Source: a virus (Duplodnaviria; Caudoviricetes). Taken from it: a stretch of DNA of 59,336 nt. Positions 1 through 9,790 of this stretch are shown piece by piece. The position numbers and the translations under genes were made by a program. Within the stretch, counting starts at the first letter, position 1, and each line of letters starts with the position of its first letter. The DNA is taken from positions 1 through 59,336 of IMG/VR virus record IMGVR_UViG_3300023106_000003. The stretch is one strand, 5' to 3'. Below the pieces are notes generated by a model. The model made no database searches. It was not told where the DNA came from and worked only from the letters and a program-made list of their open reading frames with translations.

Positions 1-127
1 ATCCTGCACCAATCCCGCACGAGCCTGAAATACCCGTTCATGCTGGTGCGTGACGCAAGCCCGAACTCGCAAGCCTGGTTCAAGTTCACCTCTGCACTGC
101 GCGGCTAACCGGGGCGTCTCATGCAAA
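1..127. repeat. Terminal direct repeat (identical to 59210-59336); most likely the circular-assembly overlap
   Basis: atcctgcaccaatcccgcac...gtctcatgcaaa is present at both ends. 127 nt equals a common assembler k-mer, and the repeat falls inside a gene. Confidence 0.95.
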
Positions 128-1938
128 AGTACCGCGAAACGGCGACGGACAGGAGCGGCAACGCGCTTGTGGGCATATCAGTGACGGTGAAGAACTACCC
201 GGCGATGACCACGGCTGTGATTTATTCCGACAACGGCGTGACGACTACACCCAATCCGCTGACGACGGACGCCTACGGGGCATTCTCGTTCTACGCCGCC
301 GATGGCCGGTACTCGCTGACGTTCAGCGGGCCGCGCGTGACGACGTTCACGGTGGATGATGTGCCGCTGCTGGAGGATCTGGCTGACGGCTTCCCAGCGC
401 TTGCGGCCCCTGGTGGCGCCCTGCTGGTCGGTACAACACCAGCCGGAAACTTGGCGAGCACAACGGTGCAGGCGTCATTGACTGAACTAGACACTGAGAA
501 GGTTGGCCTCCACGGCAACACTTCGAAAACCATTCAGGCGTCCGACCCGGACCTCTCTACCTACGGCGAGCGTATCCAAGTTGACAACCCCACCAGCAAG
601 GCCGGCTATGGCGTGCGGTTTGCCTTCTACAACCACACTGGCGATATTTCCACCGGTCGCAATGACATCGGCGATGCGCTGCTGTCGCGCTGGTCCTCGA
701 TTTCGATGGGGAGCGCGTGGAGCCGCTGGGACGTAGCGCAAGGCCCGCTCCCGGTAGGCTCTGGCTTGGCTGGCGCCCCAACGCTGGCTCAAAGTTTCTT
801 TATCGTCACGTCCGAGACGAACCCGCAGAACAGGTTCGCCGCTCCGAGTTGGCAACCTGAAAACCGTCTGTGGGGCAATGTAGTCGGCGGCGGTGTGGTT
901 GTTCCTGAGACGCAGGACTTCAATGGCGTGCTGGGCAATACCCGCATCGGCTATGACATCGTGTTCGGCGCCGCCTATGCGAGAAGCCCATACACCGCCA
1001 ACTACGGCGGTGGCAGCGAGCATGCGAAGTTCCTGAACATTGGCCTAGCCAATCCCAATTCCATCGCTGGCGGTGGCTTCGGCTGGTACGCCACTGGGCA
1101 TCGGGATTACCCAACCGCGATCGCTATTGGCGTGGGCGGCTCCGGCTACACGGCCGGCGACATGCTGGCCTTCAACACCGGGTTGAGCCAGTCGCTCAAC
1201 GAAAACACGCAGGTGAAAGTTCTGGCAGTTGATGGCAGCGGCGCGGTCACGTCTGCGGAAATCTACATCGCCGGCGGCTACAGCCAAACCTTCGCGTCAC
1301 CTGTGGGCGTGACTGGCGGCACCGGCACAGGAGCGACCTTCACCTACACGTTGTCGACGTCTACAAAAACGCCGCAAGCCGCATTTGGCATGGGCGGCAA
1401 GTGGGTGACTGGCATCGATGGCTGCGCCGGCCCTTCAGCGTTGCTGTTCGCGCAGTTCAGCAAGGCGATGATGCGTGCACCGAACAACCAAACCATCATC
1501 AGTGCCAGGAACGCCGCCAACAGCGCCGATGTGACTATCTTGAAGCTGAACGCTTCAGACCAAGTTGAGCTGGCCGGAAAGGCTTTGCTGGCGCGTGCCG
1601 CCTGGACTCCGACGATTACCGCTGACGCCGGCACATTCACCACAGTTACGGTTTCCTTCGCGCGCTGGTCGCAGATAAATGGCATTGTCCAGTTCCAAAT
1701 CACGTTGCAGATCGTGACGGTAGGAACGGCAACCGGCGCATTCCTGTTCACGCTGCCGACTGTGCCAGTTGCGAACTACCAATCCAGCTTCGCTGGCAAC
1801 AACATTTCGGACGGCATCGCACTGTCGTGCAGCTACAACTCAGCCGGCGCTGCAACGGTGCGCTGCCTGAAATACGACGCCACCACCGCAATCGCCGCCG
1901 GGAAGTTCTACACGATCACCGGAACCTACGAGGCTTAA
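121..1938 (+). CDS. Tail fibre / tailspike (receptor-binding) protein, 605 aa
   Basis: N-terminal head-binding-like module (NPLTTDAYGAFSFYAADGRY), Gly/Thr-rich beta body, and a fibre-type C-terminus (WTPTIT...FTLPTVP...ITGTYEA). Sits between capsid and tail genes. Confidence 0.75.
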   Translation: MQKYRETATDRSGNALVGISVTVKNYPAMTTAVIYSDNGVTTTPNPLTTDAYGAFSFYAADGRYSLTFSGPRVTTFTVDDVPLLEDLADGFPALAAPGGALLVGTTPAGNLASTTVQASLTELDTEKVGLHGNTSKTIQASDPDLSTYGERIQVDNPTSKAGYGVRFAFYNHTGDISTGRNDIGDALLSRWSSISMGSAWSRWDVAQGPLPVGSGLAGAPTLAQSFFIVTSETNPQNRFAAPSWQPENRLWGNVVGGGVVVPETQDFNGVLGNTRIGYDIVFGAAYARSPYTANYGGGSEHAKFLNIGLANPNSIAGGGFGWYATGHRDYPTAIAIGVGGSGYTAGDMLAFNTGLSQSLNENTQVKVLAVDGSGAVTSAEIYIAGGYSQTFASPVGVTGGTGTGATFTYTLSTSTKTPQAAFGMGGKWVTGIDGCAGPSALLFAQFSKAMMRAPNNQTIISARNAANSADVTILKLNASDQVELAGKALLARAAWTPTITADAGTFTTVTVSFARWSQINGIVQFQITLQIVTVGTATGAFLFTLPTVPVANYQSSFAGNNISDGIALSCSYNSAGAATVRCLKYDATTAIAAGKFYTITGTYEA

Positions 1939-1940
1939 CT

Positions 1941-2654
1941 ATGACCATTATCGTTCCCCTCGCCGCGCAGAACGGCAAGACGTTCCTTCAACTGTGCCAG
2001 CGCTTGCGCCAGGAGGTTGCCGGCAGCGGCGCAGGTCCGACAACCGTCGTCGGTCAGAGCGGCGAATACAAGCGCATTGTCGACTGGGTGGCAGAGGCCG
2101 ATCAGGAGATTCAGCGCGAGCATGACGAATGGCGCTTCATGGTGGACGACTTCGCGATCAATACGGTGGTCGGCGTGGACACCTACGCAGCCAGCCAGTG
2201 CACGCCGCCTATCGTGGACTTGCGCAAGTGGAAAGAGCGTCGCATCAAGTGCTACCTGCTGGCCGCCGGCGTGACGGATGAACAGTTGATCCCGTACATC
2301 GACTACGACGAGTGGTATCGGCGCTTCGCCACCGGGCCGCAATCGAACAGCCGTCCGATCTACTGGACCTACGGCAACGACATGGAACTGCTGATTGGTC
2401 CGCCGCCGGCCGACGTCTACCGCATCTCGGGCGAGTATCAGAAATCGTGCTCGCTGCTTATCAACGATGACGACATGCCTAACTACCCAGCCGAGTTCCA
2501 CATGCTGCCGGTGTATCTGGCGATGACGCGCTACGGGTATTACACCGGCGCTCCAGAGGTGATACAGAACGGCCAGCGCCTGTACAACAAGATGCTCTCC
2601 GATATGCGCCGCACGCAGATGCCGCGCATGAACCGCCTTCGCCCAATGGCCTGA
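1941..2654 (+). CDS. Head-tail adaptor (tail tubular protein A-like)
   Basis: Start taken at ATG 1941 just after the upstream stop. TFLQLCQRLRQE N-terminal helix and LLIGPPPADVYRISGEY motif are typical of podovirus adaptors; precedes the nozzle gene. Confidence 0.65.
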   Translation: MTIIVPLAAQNGKTFLQLCQRLRQEVAGSGAGPTTVVGQSGEYKRIVDWVAEADQEIQREHDEWRFMVDDFAINTVVGVDTYAASQCTPPIVDLRKWKERRIKCYLLAAGVTDEQLIPYIDYDEWYRRFATGPQSNSRPIYWTYGNDMELLIGPPPADVYRISGEYQKSCSLLINDDDMPNYPAEFHMLPVYLAMTRYGYYTGAPEVIQNGQRLYNKMLSDMRRTQMPRMNRLRPMA

Positions 2655-2657
2655 TCG

Positions 2658-4958
2658 ATGAACAATCAACCACCAATCCCGCCGGTACTGACCCAATACT
2701 TCCCATTCATGGGCGGGTTGGACGAGGTGACGCCGCCGATTTCGCGCAGCGATGGCGATCTGCGTTACGGTGTCAATCTGGAAATCGGCGTGCGCGGCGG
2801 CTATGCGACGTGCGCCGGCTACGAACGTTACGACGGGCGCAAGCGGCCGTCGACGGCGTACTACGCGGTGCTGAGCGTGTCATTGACGCTGCCTGTGAAT
2901 GTGGGCGACATCGTGACAAACAACGCCGGCACCGTGTCTGGAACTGTCATTGCTGTTCCAAGCGCTTCGTTCCTCGTCATCACAAAGACGGATGGCCTGT
3001 TCACGGCTGGCCCGATCAAAGTTGGCGCGACCGTTGTGGGAACCGCTGCTGGCGTTCAGGCTGTTGGTGCCGCGCCGACGCCACAATTGAACGTTGCCTA
3101 TACCGCGCTGGCCGCTAACGTGTACCGCGCGCTGATCCAGAAAGTTCCAGGTTCCGGCCGCGTGCTGGGCGTGCACCAGTACAAGGGAAGCGTCTACGCC
3201 TTCCGCAACAATGCAGTCGGCACCGCTGCTGTGATGTTCAAGGATTCACCGACTGGCTGGACCGCTGTTCCTACTGGTCGCAGCGTGAAGTTTAAGCAGA
3301 GCTTGACCCGAGTGAGGGCAACTCCTGGCACTCCCATTTCGTTCGAACAGGTTGGATCAGGGTTCACCGATGGTCAGCAGCTAAAGTTTTCGAACAATAT
3401 CGGCGGCGGGCCAAGCATCATTGTTCCCGGAACGACTTATTTCGTCATAAATTCTGACCCTACCACATTCAATATCGCAGCAACCCTTGGCGGCGCAGCG
3501 ATAAATTCCACTGATGGAAGCATATCCCTCTACACAGCTACGCTGAAGGCCGTCGAGTTCAACGACGGCGATACTGTGGTCGGAGTTACTTCGGGCGCGT
3601 CGGGCGTCGCCGTTCGTGTCATCCTGAACGGTGGGACATGGGACAACTCCCCATCTGGGATAATCGTTTTCAGTTCCATTACCGGTACCTTTTTGTTGGA
3701 CGAGGGTCTTAGCGTCAACGGCACTAGGCGCGTTTCGGCGGATGGGCAAGAAGGCCCAAATACGTTCCGCCCCAATGGTCGGTTCGAATTCGAAAACTGG
3801 AACTTTGGCGGACAATCTGGGACGCTGCGCATGTACGGTGTCGATGGCGTGAGTACTGGCTTTGAGTTCGACGGCACTACATTGGTTCCGATTGTCAGCG
3901 GCGTTACGCCTGATGCGCCGAAGTACATGCAGATCCACAAGAATGCGCTGTTCTACGCGTTCGGTTCAAGCGTGCAATACACTGGCCCCGGCAATCCTTA
4001 CGCGTTCTCGGCCATCTACGGCGCTGGGGAGATTACTTGCGGCGATGATGTCACCGGCATGCTGTCGCTGCCTGGCTCGGAGACTTCGGGTGCGATGGCG
4101 ATCAAGACCAAGGATCGTACGTTCGTCCTGTACGGCAACAGCGAGGACGATTTCAATCTGGTGCCGTACAGCTACGAGGTCGGGTGCGAGCCGCACACCA
4201 TGCAGTTGATCGCCGGCATGCTGTCGTTCGACACGCAGGGTATCTCGGCCTTGAGTACGACGCAGCGCTTCGGCAACTTCCTGAGCGGCATCATCTCGGA
4301 CAAGATCACGCCATTCCTCAATGGTAAGGTCGGCACCGCGCGCGCAAGCTGCATCGTGCGAAAGAAGAACCAGTACCGCATCTTCTTCGCGGATGGTGAC
4401 GCGGCCTTCGTTACATACGCTGGCGAGAAGCTGCTAGGCATGACCACGATCAACTACCCACACAAGGTTTCTTGCATCAGTTCCTTGGAAGGCGCAAGCG
4501 GTCGGGAGGAAATCTATTTCGGCACTGATGACGGCTACGTGATGCAAGCCGAGAGCGGTACGTCGTTTGACGGCCAGGCGATCAACTGGCTGGGCTACCT
4601 GACGTACAACCACTTCAAGGGACCGCGCCAGCTCAAGACATACCGCAAGGCCGCGATGGAGGTGTCCGGTGTCGGCTACTCGGAATTCAGCATGTCGTCC
4701 TCGATCGGCTACGGCAGCACGGAGTTCGCCCAGTCTGGCGACCAGACGCTTGCCGCGATCCTGACATCCAGCGCATGGGATTCATTCCAGTGGGATTCTT
4801 TCCAGTGGGACGGGCGCTCGCTGTTGCCGTCTGAGGGCGACCTGTACGGAACCGCTGAGAACATGTCGCTGATATTCCGTGGCAACTCGGACGCCTATGA
4901 GCCGATCACGCTCAACAGCGCCATCATCCATTACACCAACCGTCGCCTACTGAGGTAA
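2658..4958 (+). CDS. Tail nozzle / DNA stabilisation protein (tail tubular B / P22 gp10-like), 766 aa
   Basis: FMGGLDEVTP N-terminus, beta-rich body, WDSFQWDSFQWD near the C-terminus, and size and position typical of nozzles. Confidence 0.7.
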   Translation: MNNQPPIPPVLTQYFPFMGGLDEVTPPISRSDGDLRYGVNLEIGVRGGYATCAGYERYDGRKRPSTAYYAVLSVSLTLPVNVGDIVTNNAGTVSGTVIAVPSASFLVITKTDGLFTAGPIKVGATVVGTAAGVQAVGAAPTPQLNVAYTALAANVYRALIQKVPGSGRVLGVHQYKGSVYAFRNNAVGTAAVMFKDSPTGWTAVPTGRSVKFKQSLTRVRATPGTPISFEQVGSGFTDGQQLKFSNNIGGGPSIIVPGTTYFVINSDPTTFNIAATLGGAAINSTDGSISLYTATLKAVEFNDGDTVVGVTSGASGVAVRVILNGGTWDNSPSGIIVFSSITGTFLLDEGLSVNGTRRVSADGQEGPNTFRPNGRFEFENWNFGGQSGTLRMYGVDGVSTGFEFDGTTLVPIVSGVTPDAPKYMQIHKNALFYAFGSSVQYTGPGNPYAFSAIYGAGEITCGDDVTGMLSLPGSETSGAMAIKTKDRTFVLYGNSEDDFNLVPYSYEVGCEPHTMQLIAGMLSFDTQGISALSTTQRFGNFLSGIISDKITPFLNGKVGTARASCIVRKKNQYRIFFADGDAAFVTYAGEKLLGMTTINYPHKVSCISSLEGASGREEIYFGTDDGYVMQAESGTSFDGQAINWLGYLTYNHFKGPRQLKTYRKAAMEVSGVGYSEFSMSSSIGYGSTEFAQSGDQTLAAILTSSAWDSFQWDSFQWDGRSLLPSEGDLYGTAENMSLIFRGNSDAYEPITLNSAIIHYTNRRLLR

Positions 4959-4960
4959 AA

Positions 4961-5590
4961 ATGACCAATCCATACTACAACCACGACGACGGCTATCCAT
5001 CGCCAGGCGCTCAAGGCGCGTCGGCATCGATGCGTTCCGAGTTGGATAAAGTTGCGGCAGGCTTTGAATTGTTGCCGGCTGCTCTAACTGCCGCTACTGG
5101 GGCTAAGGTTCTGTTAGCCCAGTTGCAAGCGGCTACGCTGACCACTGTCAACGCGCTGACGGCATTCAGTGCGACCTATGATGACTACGAGATTCATCTC
5201 GATGGCGTCTTGCCGGTGACTACCTCATCAAACTTGCAGCTACAGATCGCCGTGGCTGGCGCTGCCGTCACTACGTCAACTTACCTCAATGCGGCCAATA
5301 CGTCGGTTAGCGCCACCGCAGCGCAAGTAAATCTGACGAATGCCGTGGTTTTGCGTACAGGAACCGGTCTGAACGGTAAAATGCTGGTTAGCAACGTGAA
5401 TGCATCGCCGGGCCTGAAAACGATCATTGGCACTACGGCTTGGCAGGAATCGAACAGCAACTACGATGGCTTCACCTTTCAAGGCTTCAACACGGCATCG
5501 GCAGTAGTCACCGGCTTCCTGTTGAAGTGGGATACTGGCGTGGCCTTTACCTCTGGATTTATCCGCATCTACGGCATCCGCAAGAACTAA
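4961..5590 (+). CDS. Tail-associated structural protein (minor fibre/needle-like)
   Basis: MTNPYYNH...MRSELDKVAAGF anchor plus FSATYDDYEI...GFIRIYG beta domain seen in phage tail proteins. Confidence 0.55.
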   Translation: MTNPYYNHDDGYPSPGAQGASASMRSELDKVAAGFELLPAALTAATGAKVLLAQLQAATLTTVNALTAFSATYDDYEIHLDGVLPVTTSSNLQLQIAVAGAAVTTSTYLNAANTSVSATAAQVNLTNAVVLRTGTGLNGKMLVSNVNASPGLKTIIGTTAWQESNSNYDGFTFQGFNTASAVVTGFLLKWDTGVAFTSGFIRIYGIRKN

Positions 5591-5602
5591 AAGGAAAATG
5601 AA

Positions 5603-6802
5603 ATGGCTGACCTAAAATACGCGGATTACAACGGCCAGAGTGTGGTGGTCGATGACTCCTTCAAAAAAGGATTGAACGACTCCGTAGCTAATATAAATTC
5701 CACCACCGGATTCCAAGGGCGGAAGGATTGGACTGCCAAGGAATACGACTACGCCATCAACCCTACCTCGGCCGGCGCGCGCTGGGGTGAAGCGTCGACC
5801 ACATCCGCGCCAGCTCCAGCGGCCCCAGCGGCCAGTGGCGGCCTGTTGAACCCGGCGCCAATGCAGACGATCAAGGCATCGACCTACAAGCCGACGCAGC
5901 AGACCGTTAACCCTAACTCTTTGGTGCAGAACCAGATCGCAGGTATCACCGCGCAGGATTCGGCGCTGAACCAGTTGGCGAAAACGGAGGCGCTGAAGGG
6001 CGCCAACGGTCGCGGGCTGCTCAATTCCAGCCTGGCGGTCGGCGCTGGTCAGAAGGCTGTATTGCAAAGCGCCCTTCCGATTGCGCAGCAGGATGCAAGC
6101 ACGTACGGCGCCGCCGACTCGGCCAACGCGCAGTATTCTAACTCCGCATCGCAGTTCAACGCTAACGCCGAGAATGCGGCCAGCACTGCGAATGCTGCCA
6201 ATGCGCTGCAAGACCGCCTCGCTGCGATCCAGGCGAATACTACCCTGACCGTCACCGAGAAGAACAACCTCTCGCAACAAGCCATTGCAGCGGCAGGGAA
6301 CAAGTCGGCTGAAACCATCGCGGCCGGCAACAACCAAACGCAACAGAATATCTCCACTGGCAATAACCAAGCGGCGTTGAATTTGGCCGACAAAAACAAT
6401 CAGTCTCAGCAAGCTATCGCTGCGGCAGACGCGGCCAACAAGATCATTCTGCAAAACATCGATGCCGATACGCGCGTGAAGCTGGCAAATCTGGACAACG
6501 CCAGCAAGACGAGCTTGCAGAACTTGGTCAGCGCGAACCAGCAGCTTTTGCAGACCAACGTCAACGCGTCGAACATTTTTACCCAGTACATGACCAACTT
6601 GGCGAACATCTCGACCAACGACAAGATGGACGGGCCGGCCAAGCAGCAAGCGGCGGACAACCAGCTCAATGCGCTGAAGGAGCAACTGAGCCTAATGGGT
6701 AATCTTACTGGACTGGATCTGTCGAAGAATTTCAACAAGGCCAATTCGTATAATACCTCGGCACCGACTACGCCGACGCAAGACTTCACCGACCGCAGCT
6801 AA
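5603..6802 (+). CDS. Putative internal virion / DNA ejection protein, Asn/Gln/Ala-rich
   Basis: RBS aaggaaa. Low-complexity helical sequence with a RGLLNSSLAVGAGQ motif, located in the ejection-protein block. Confidence 0.55.
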   Translation: MADLKYADYNGQSVVVDDSFKKGLNDSVANINSTTGFQGRKDWTAKEYDYAINPTSAGARWGEASTTSAPAPAAPAASGGLLNPAPMQTIKASTYKPTQQTVNPNSLVQNQIAGITAQDSALNQLAKTEALKGANGRGLLNSSLAVGAGQKAVLQSALPIAQQDASTYGAADSANAQYSNSASQFNANAENAASTANAANALQDRLAAIQANTTLTVTEKNNLSQQAIAAAGNKSAETIAAGNNQTQQNISTGNNQAALNLADKNNQSQQAIAAADAANKIILQNIDADTRVKLANLDNASKTSLQNLVSANQQLLQTNVNASNIFTQYMTNLANISTNDKMDGPAKQQAADNQLNALKEQLSLMGNLTGLDLSKNFNKANSYNTSAPTTPTQDFTDRS

Positions 6803-6811
6803 GGGAATGCC

Positions 6812-7186
6812 GTGGATCGCGACCACTACATCGATATGCTCTACGACGAGGTGAAGTCGCAAGTCATCATCTCGCGCGCGGCGTATGCGGCTGAACTTGA
6901 TGGCTGGGAATTCCATCCTGTCGTGATCGATGGGCAAGAGGCCGGCGTGGTGATGACGAAGGGCCACGAGATGCATACGCATGTCATCGCACCGTATGGT
7001 ATCAAGTGCGCGCGTCGCGTGCTGCGTCAGAGCGTGCAGGGCCAGGTCGACCGCATGGGCTACGCGACGACTCGCACGCTGAACGATCCCAAGGTGGTGC
7101 GGCTGCTGGAGCGCATGGGCTTTTACAAGACCGGCGAACGTGATGGTGTACTCGACTATCGCCTTGACGAATTGAAAATTAAATAA
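6812..7186 (+). CDS. Small GNAT-like tail assembly protein
   Basis: C-terminal RLLERMGFYKTGE resembles a GNAT motif B. A similar gene occupies this position in P22/T7-like podoviruses. Confidence 0.5.
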   Translation: MDRDHYIDMLYDEVKSQVIISRAAYAAELDGWEFHPVVIDGQEAGVVMTKGHEMHTHVIAPYGIKCARRVLRQSVQGQVDRMGYATTRTLNDPKVVRLLERMGFYKTGERDGVLDYRLDELKIK

Positions 7187-7196
7187 GGGGTACATC

Positions 7197-8006
7197 ATGC
7201 CTTTAGTTGTAGTCGCGGCCATTGCCGCCGGTGGGGCCGTAGCGGCTGGAGTGGTGGCAGCGTCCACGGTGCTGTATGCCGGCATCGCCGTCAGCGTTGT
7301 GGGCAAGGTAACCAAGAGCAAGGAGCTGACGCAGATCGGTTCCGGCATGTCGCTGGGCGCTGGTATCGCGTCGGCGGCGTCGAGCATCTTCGGTGCTGCG
7401 GAAGGTGCCGGCGCTGGAGCGGGTATTGGTGCCGGGGCTGGCGCGGAGAACATCGTGCCGGTGCCAACCGGGATTGATACCGCTGCTGGCTCGCTGGGAG
7501 AGGCCGCTGCGGGCGGCGTAGCTGACGCAGCTACTACCGCTGGCGTCGGCGAAGCAGCGACTACAGGGGCCGATGCGTTGGCGTCCAGCACCGGAGGCAG
7601 CGGTGGCTTGCTCAATCCTACCGCTACTGCCGATTCCTTGGTGGCGACTCCCGGCGCAGCGCCAGCCGCAGCCAATGGCATGAGCGCCGAGAATTTGGCG
7701 CTTGGTGGTGCTGATGGGCTTGGCGGAACTGGCGTCCTTGCGCCGCCTCCACCTGGCGGCATTCAAGGCTGGTGGTCCAAGCTGACCGACACGACCAAGG
7801 CCAAGCTGCTGAGCGGTGCCGCTGATGGCCTGATGAAGGGCTGGGACGCGAACCAGCGCAATGAGTTCGAACGCGAAAAACTGAACCTCGACAAGCAGCG
7901 CTACGACACGTCGATGGCGAACGCCTCTGCGCAGCCTGTTGTCGCGTTCAAGCAGTACACGCCCGCCAAGACCGGCGGTCTGCTCAATCCAACCGCGAAG
8001 GGCTAA
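7197..8006 (+). CDS. DNA ejection (pilot) protein, Gly/Ala-rich with hydrophobic N-terminus
   Basis: Hydrophobic Gly/Ala N-terminal segments and position after the GNAT-like gene. Confidence 0.55.
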   Translation: MPLVVVAAIAAGGAVAAGVVAASTVLYAGIAVSVVGKVTKSKELTQIGSGMSLGAGIASAASSIFGAAEGAGAGAGIGAGAGAENIVPVPTGIDTAAGSLGEAAAGGVADAATTAGVGEAATTGADALASSTGGSGGLLNPTATADSLVATPGAAPAAANGMSAENLALGGADGLGGTGVLAPPPPGGIQGWWSKLTDTTKAKLLSGAADGLMKGWDANQRNEFEREKLNLDKQRYDTSMANASAQPVVAFKQYTPAKTGGLLNPTAKG

Positions 8007-8008
8007 TC

Positions 8009-8599
8009 ATGGCCGGCTTACTCAACCCAACAGCAGAACAACCACAAGCCGCGCCAGCAGCGCCTCAACAGGCCGGCGCGGACACGCTCAACGATCCGGT
8101 ACTTAAGCAGATTGAGCAAGGCATCGAGGACAAGATCCCAGCCGAAAAGAAGGATGCCTATCTGGCGATCGTGGTTTCGGGCATGCAGGTCATGTTCTCG
8201 AAAGAGACGTCGAAGCTGATGGACGAATCGCTGGACATGCCCGGTGACATGGTGACTAACGTCGCGCAAGGCATTTCGAAGTTGATGATCCTGATCTACA
8301 ACGAGAGCAAGAACGGCGGCGGCGAGGGCATGGACGTTACGATGGGCGTTCCTGCTGCGATTACGCTGATGTGCCAAGCGCTCGACTACGCAGAAGCGAG
8401 CCGGGGCGTCGAGGTCACGCCAGAGATGGCGGCGGAATGCACCAAGCAGACGATGAAGGCCACGCTCAAGGCGTTCGGCATCAACGAAGACCAGATCAAC
8501 CAGACGATCCAAGCCGGCCAGCAGGGCGCTCCAGCAGGGCAAGACGCAGCCGCCGCGCAACCTGCCGCTGCGCCGGTGCAACCAATGATGGGAGCATGA
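8009..8599 (+). CDS. Putative internal virion protein
   Basis: Tightly packed in the ejection operon; shares the GLLNP motif with its neighbours. Confidence 0.5.
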   Translation: MAGLLNPTAEQPQAAPAAPQQAGADTLNDPVLKQIEQGIEDKIPAEKKDAYLAIVVSGMQVMFSKETSKLMDESLDMPGDMVTNVAQGISKLMILIYNESKNGGGEGMDVTMGVPAAITLMCQALDYAEASRGVEVTPEMAAECTKQTMKATLKAFGINEDQINQTIQAGQQGAPAGQDAAAAQPAAAPVQPMMGA

Positions 8600-8600
8600 T

Positions 8601-9740
8601 ATGGCTGGCGGATTAGGGTTGCTGTTTAGCGGCTTGGCCGGTGCCAGCAAGGGCTTGGCTACGGGCATGGAAGACGAGCGGCAGACGGCCGAGCGCGCCA
8701 ATCTGGAAACGCTGCGCTCCAAGCTGGAGGAAGAGAAGGCGCTGCGCATCGCCGAGGCTGGCCGTGTAGCCACGCGTCAGGCCGGCATCCAGCAGGGCAA
8801 GGACATCGACAGCGCGACCGTGCAGTTGCAGAACGAGCGCGATGCTTCCGCGATCAATGCCGCCAATTCTGGCGTCGAGGGTGGTTCGAACATGACCGCT
8901 GCCGATGCCGCCGTGCTGCGCGACAAGCCGGAAGCGCGCAAAGCATATGGGCTGCTGAACCCGAATCGTCAAAGCGATCTGGAAGACCGCGCCACCGCTG
9001 CCGAGAAGCTGGGCTATCTGGATGCTGCACGCGAAACGCGCGGCGCGCTGCAAACTGAGATTACCAACCAGCGCAACCAGAATATTGACGAGAACACTAA
9101 GCAAGCACAAAAGGATGAAAAGGAGTATCGCCAGCAACAAGCCGATCGTGCTGATAAACGTGAGCGCCGAGAAGCGGGATACCAGAGCAGCATGCTTGAG
9201 TTCAACAAGTCACGCGCAAAGAGTTTGGATGCTAAAGAAGAGCGCGCTGTTGAGGCAAATGAGCGTGCTGCAACAACTTCATCCATGAAGGGATGGGAAA
9301 CTGAAGCGAAGGATATCCAGAGGCAAATGGCATCCAGCGATTTCCAGATGCAACCCCCGGAGCTACAGGCGGCAGTAAAGGCCGAGCTAGCCAATGCAAG
9401 GGAAAAAGCAAGAGAACTTCGCACGCGCCTGAGCGGTGTTGGAATTGAAGCTGGTCCGGGTCCGGACAAGCCATTCAACCCTGCCGACTTCCGCATTGGC
9501 AAGCCGAGCGGTAGCGCTGCGCCGAAGGCCGGCGGCGTCACCGTGCCGAACCCGGTGCAGCAAGACGCCGCGCCAGCTAGCCAGGCATCGACGAAGGATA
9601 TGGCTCTGCGCGGCATCGACACAGCGATCAACGATACGGTGCGCGCACTAGCGGCGGCCGGCAACCGTGGCGACAAGGACGAGGCGGCGCGACTGAATAG
9701 CCTGTTGCAAGAGCAGCAAGCAGCCAAAGCGAAGATGTAA
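8601..9740 (+). CDS. Putative DNA transfer/ejection protein, coiled-coil
   Basis: MAGGLGLLFSGLAGASKGLATG amphipathic N-terminus followed by a long charged helical region. Confidence 0.55.
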   Translation: MAGGLGLLFSGLAGASKGLATGMEDERQTAERANLETLRSKLEEEKALRIAEAGRVATRQAGIQQGKDIDSATVQLQNERDASAINAANSGVEGGSNMTAADAAVLRDKPEARKAYGLLNPNRQSDLEDRATAAEKLGYLDAARETRGALQTEITNQRNQNIDENTKQAQKDEKEYRQQQADRADKRERREAGYQSSMLEFNKSRAKSLDAKEERAVEANERAATTSSMKGWETEAKDIQRQMASSDFQMQPPELQAAVKAELANAREKARELRTRLSGVGIEAGPGPDKPFNPADFRIGKPSGSAAPKAGGVTVPNPVQQDAAPASQASTKDMALRGIDTAINDTVRALAAAGNRGDKDEAARLNSLLQEQQAAKAKM

Positions 9741-9790
9741 AATAGCAAGGCGCACGAAGTGGTGCGGTGGAACAACTACATAGGAATATC

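Noticed and set aside
1-127. 127-bp terminal repeat as a biological DTR
   Set aside because: The length matches a common assembly k-mer, it falls inside a gene, and the P22-like terminase suggests headful packaging. Treated as a circularisation overlap.
121-1938. Diversity-generating retroelement target (BPP-1-like podovirus layout)
   Set aside because: No RT and no second copy of the fibre 3' end with adenine-specific mismatches was seen.
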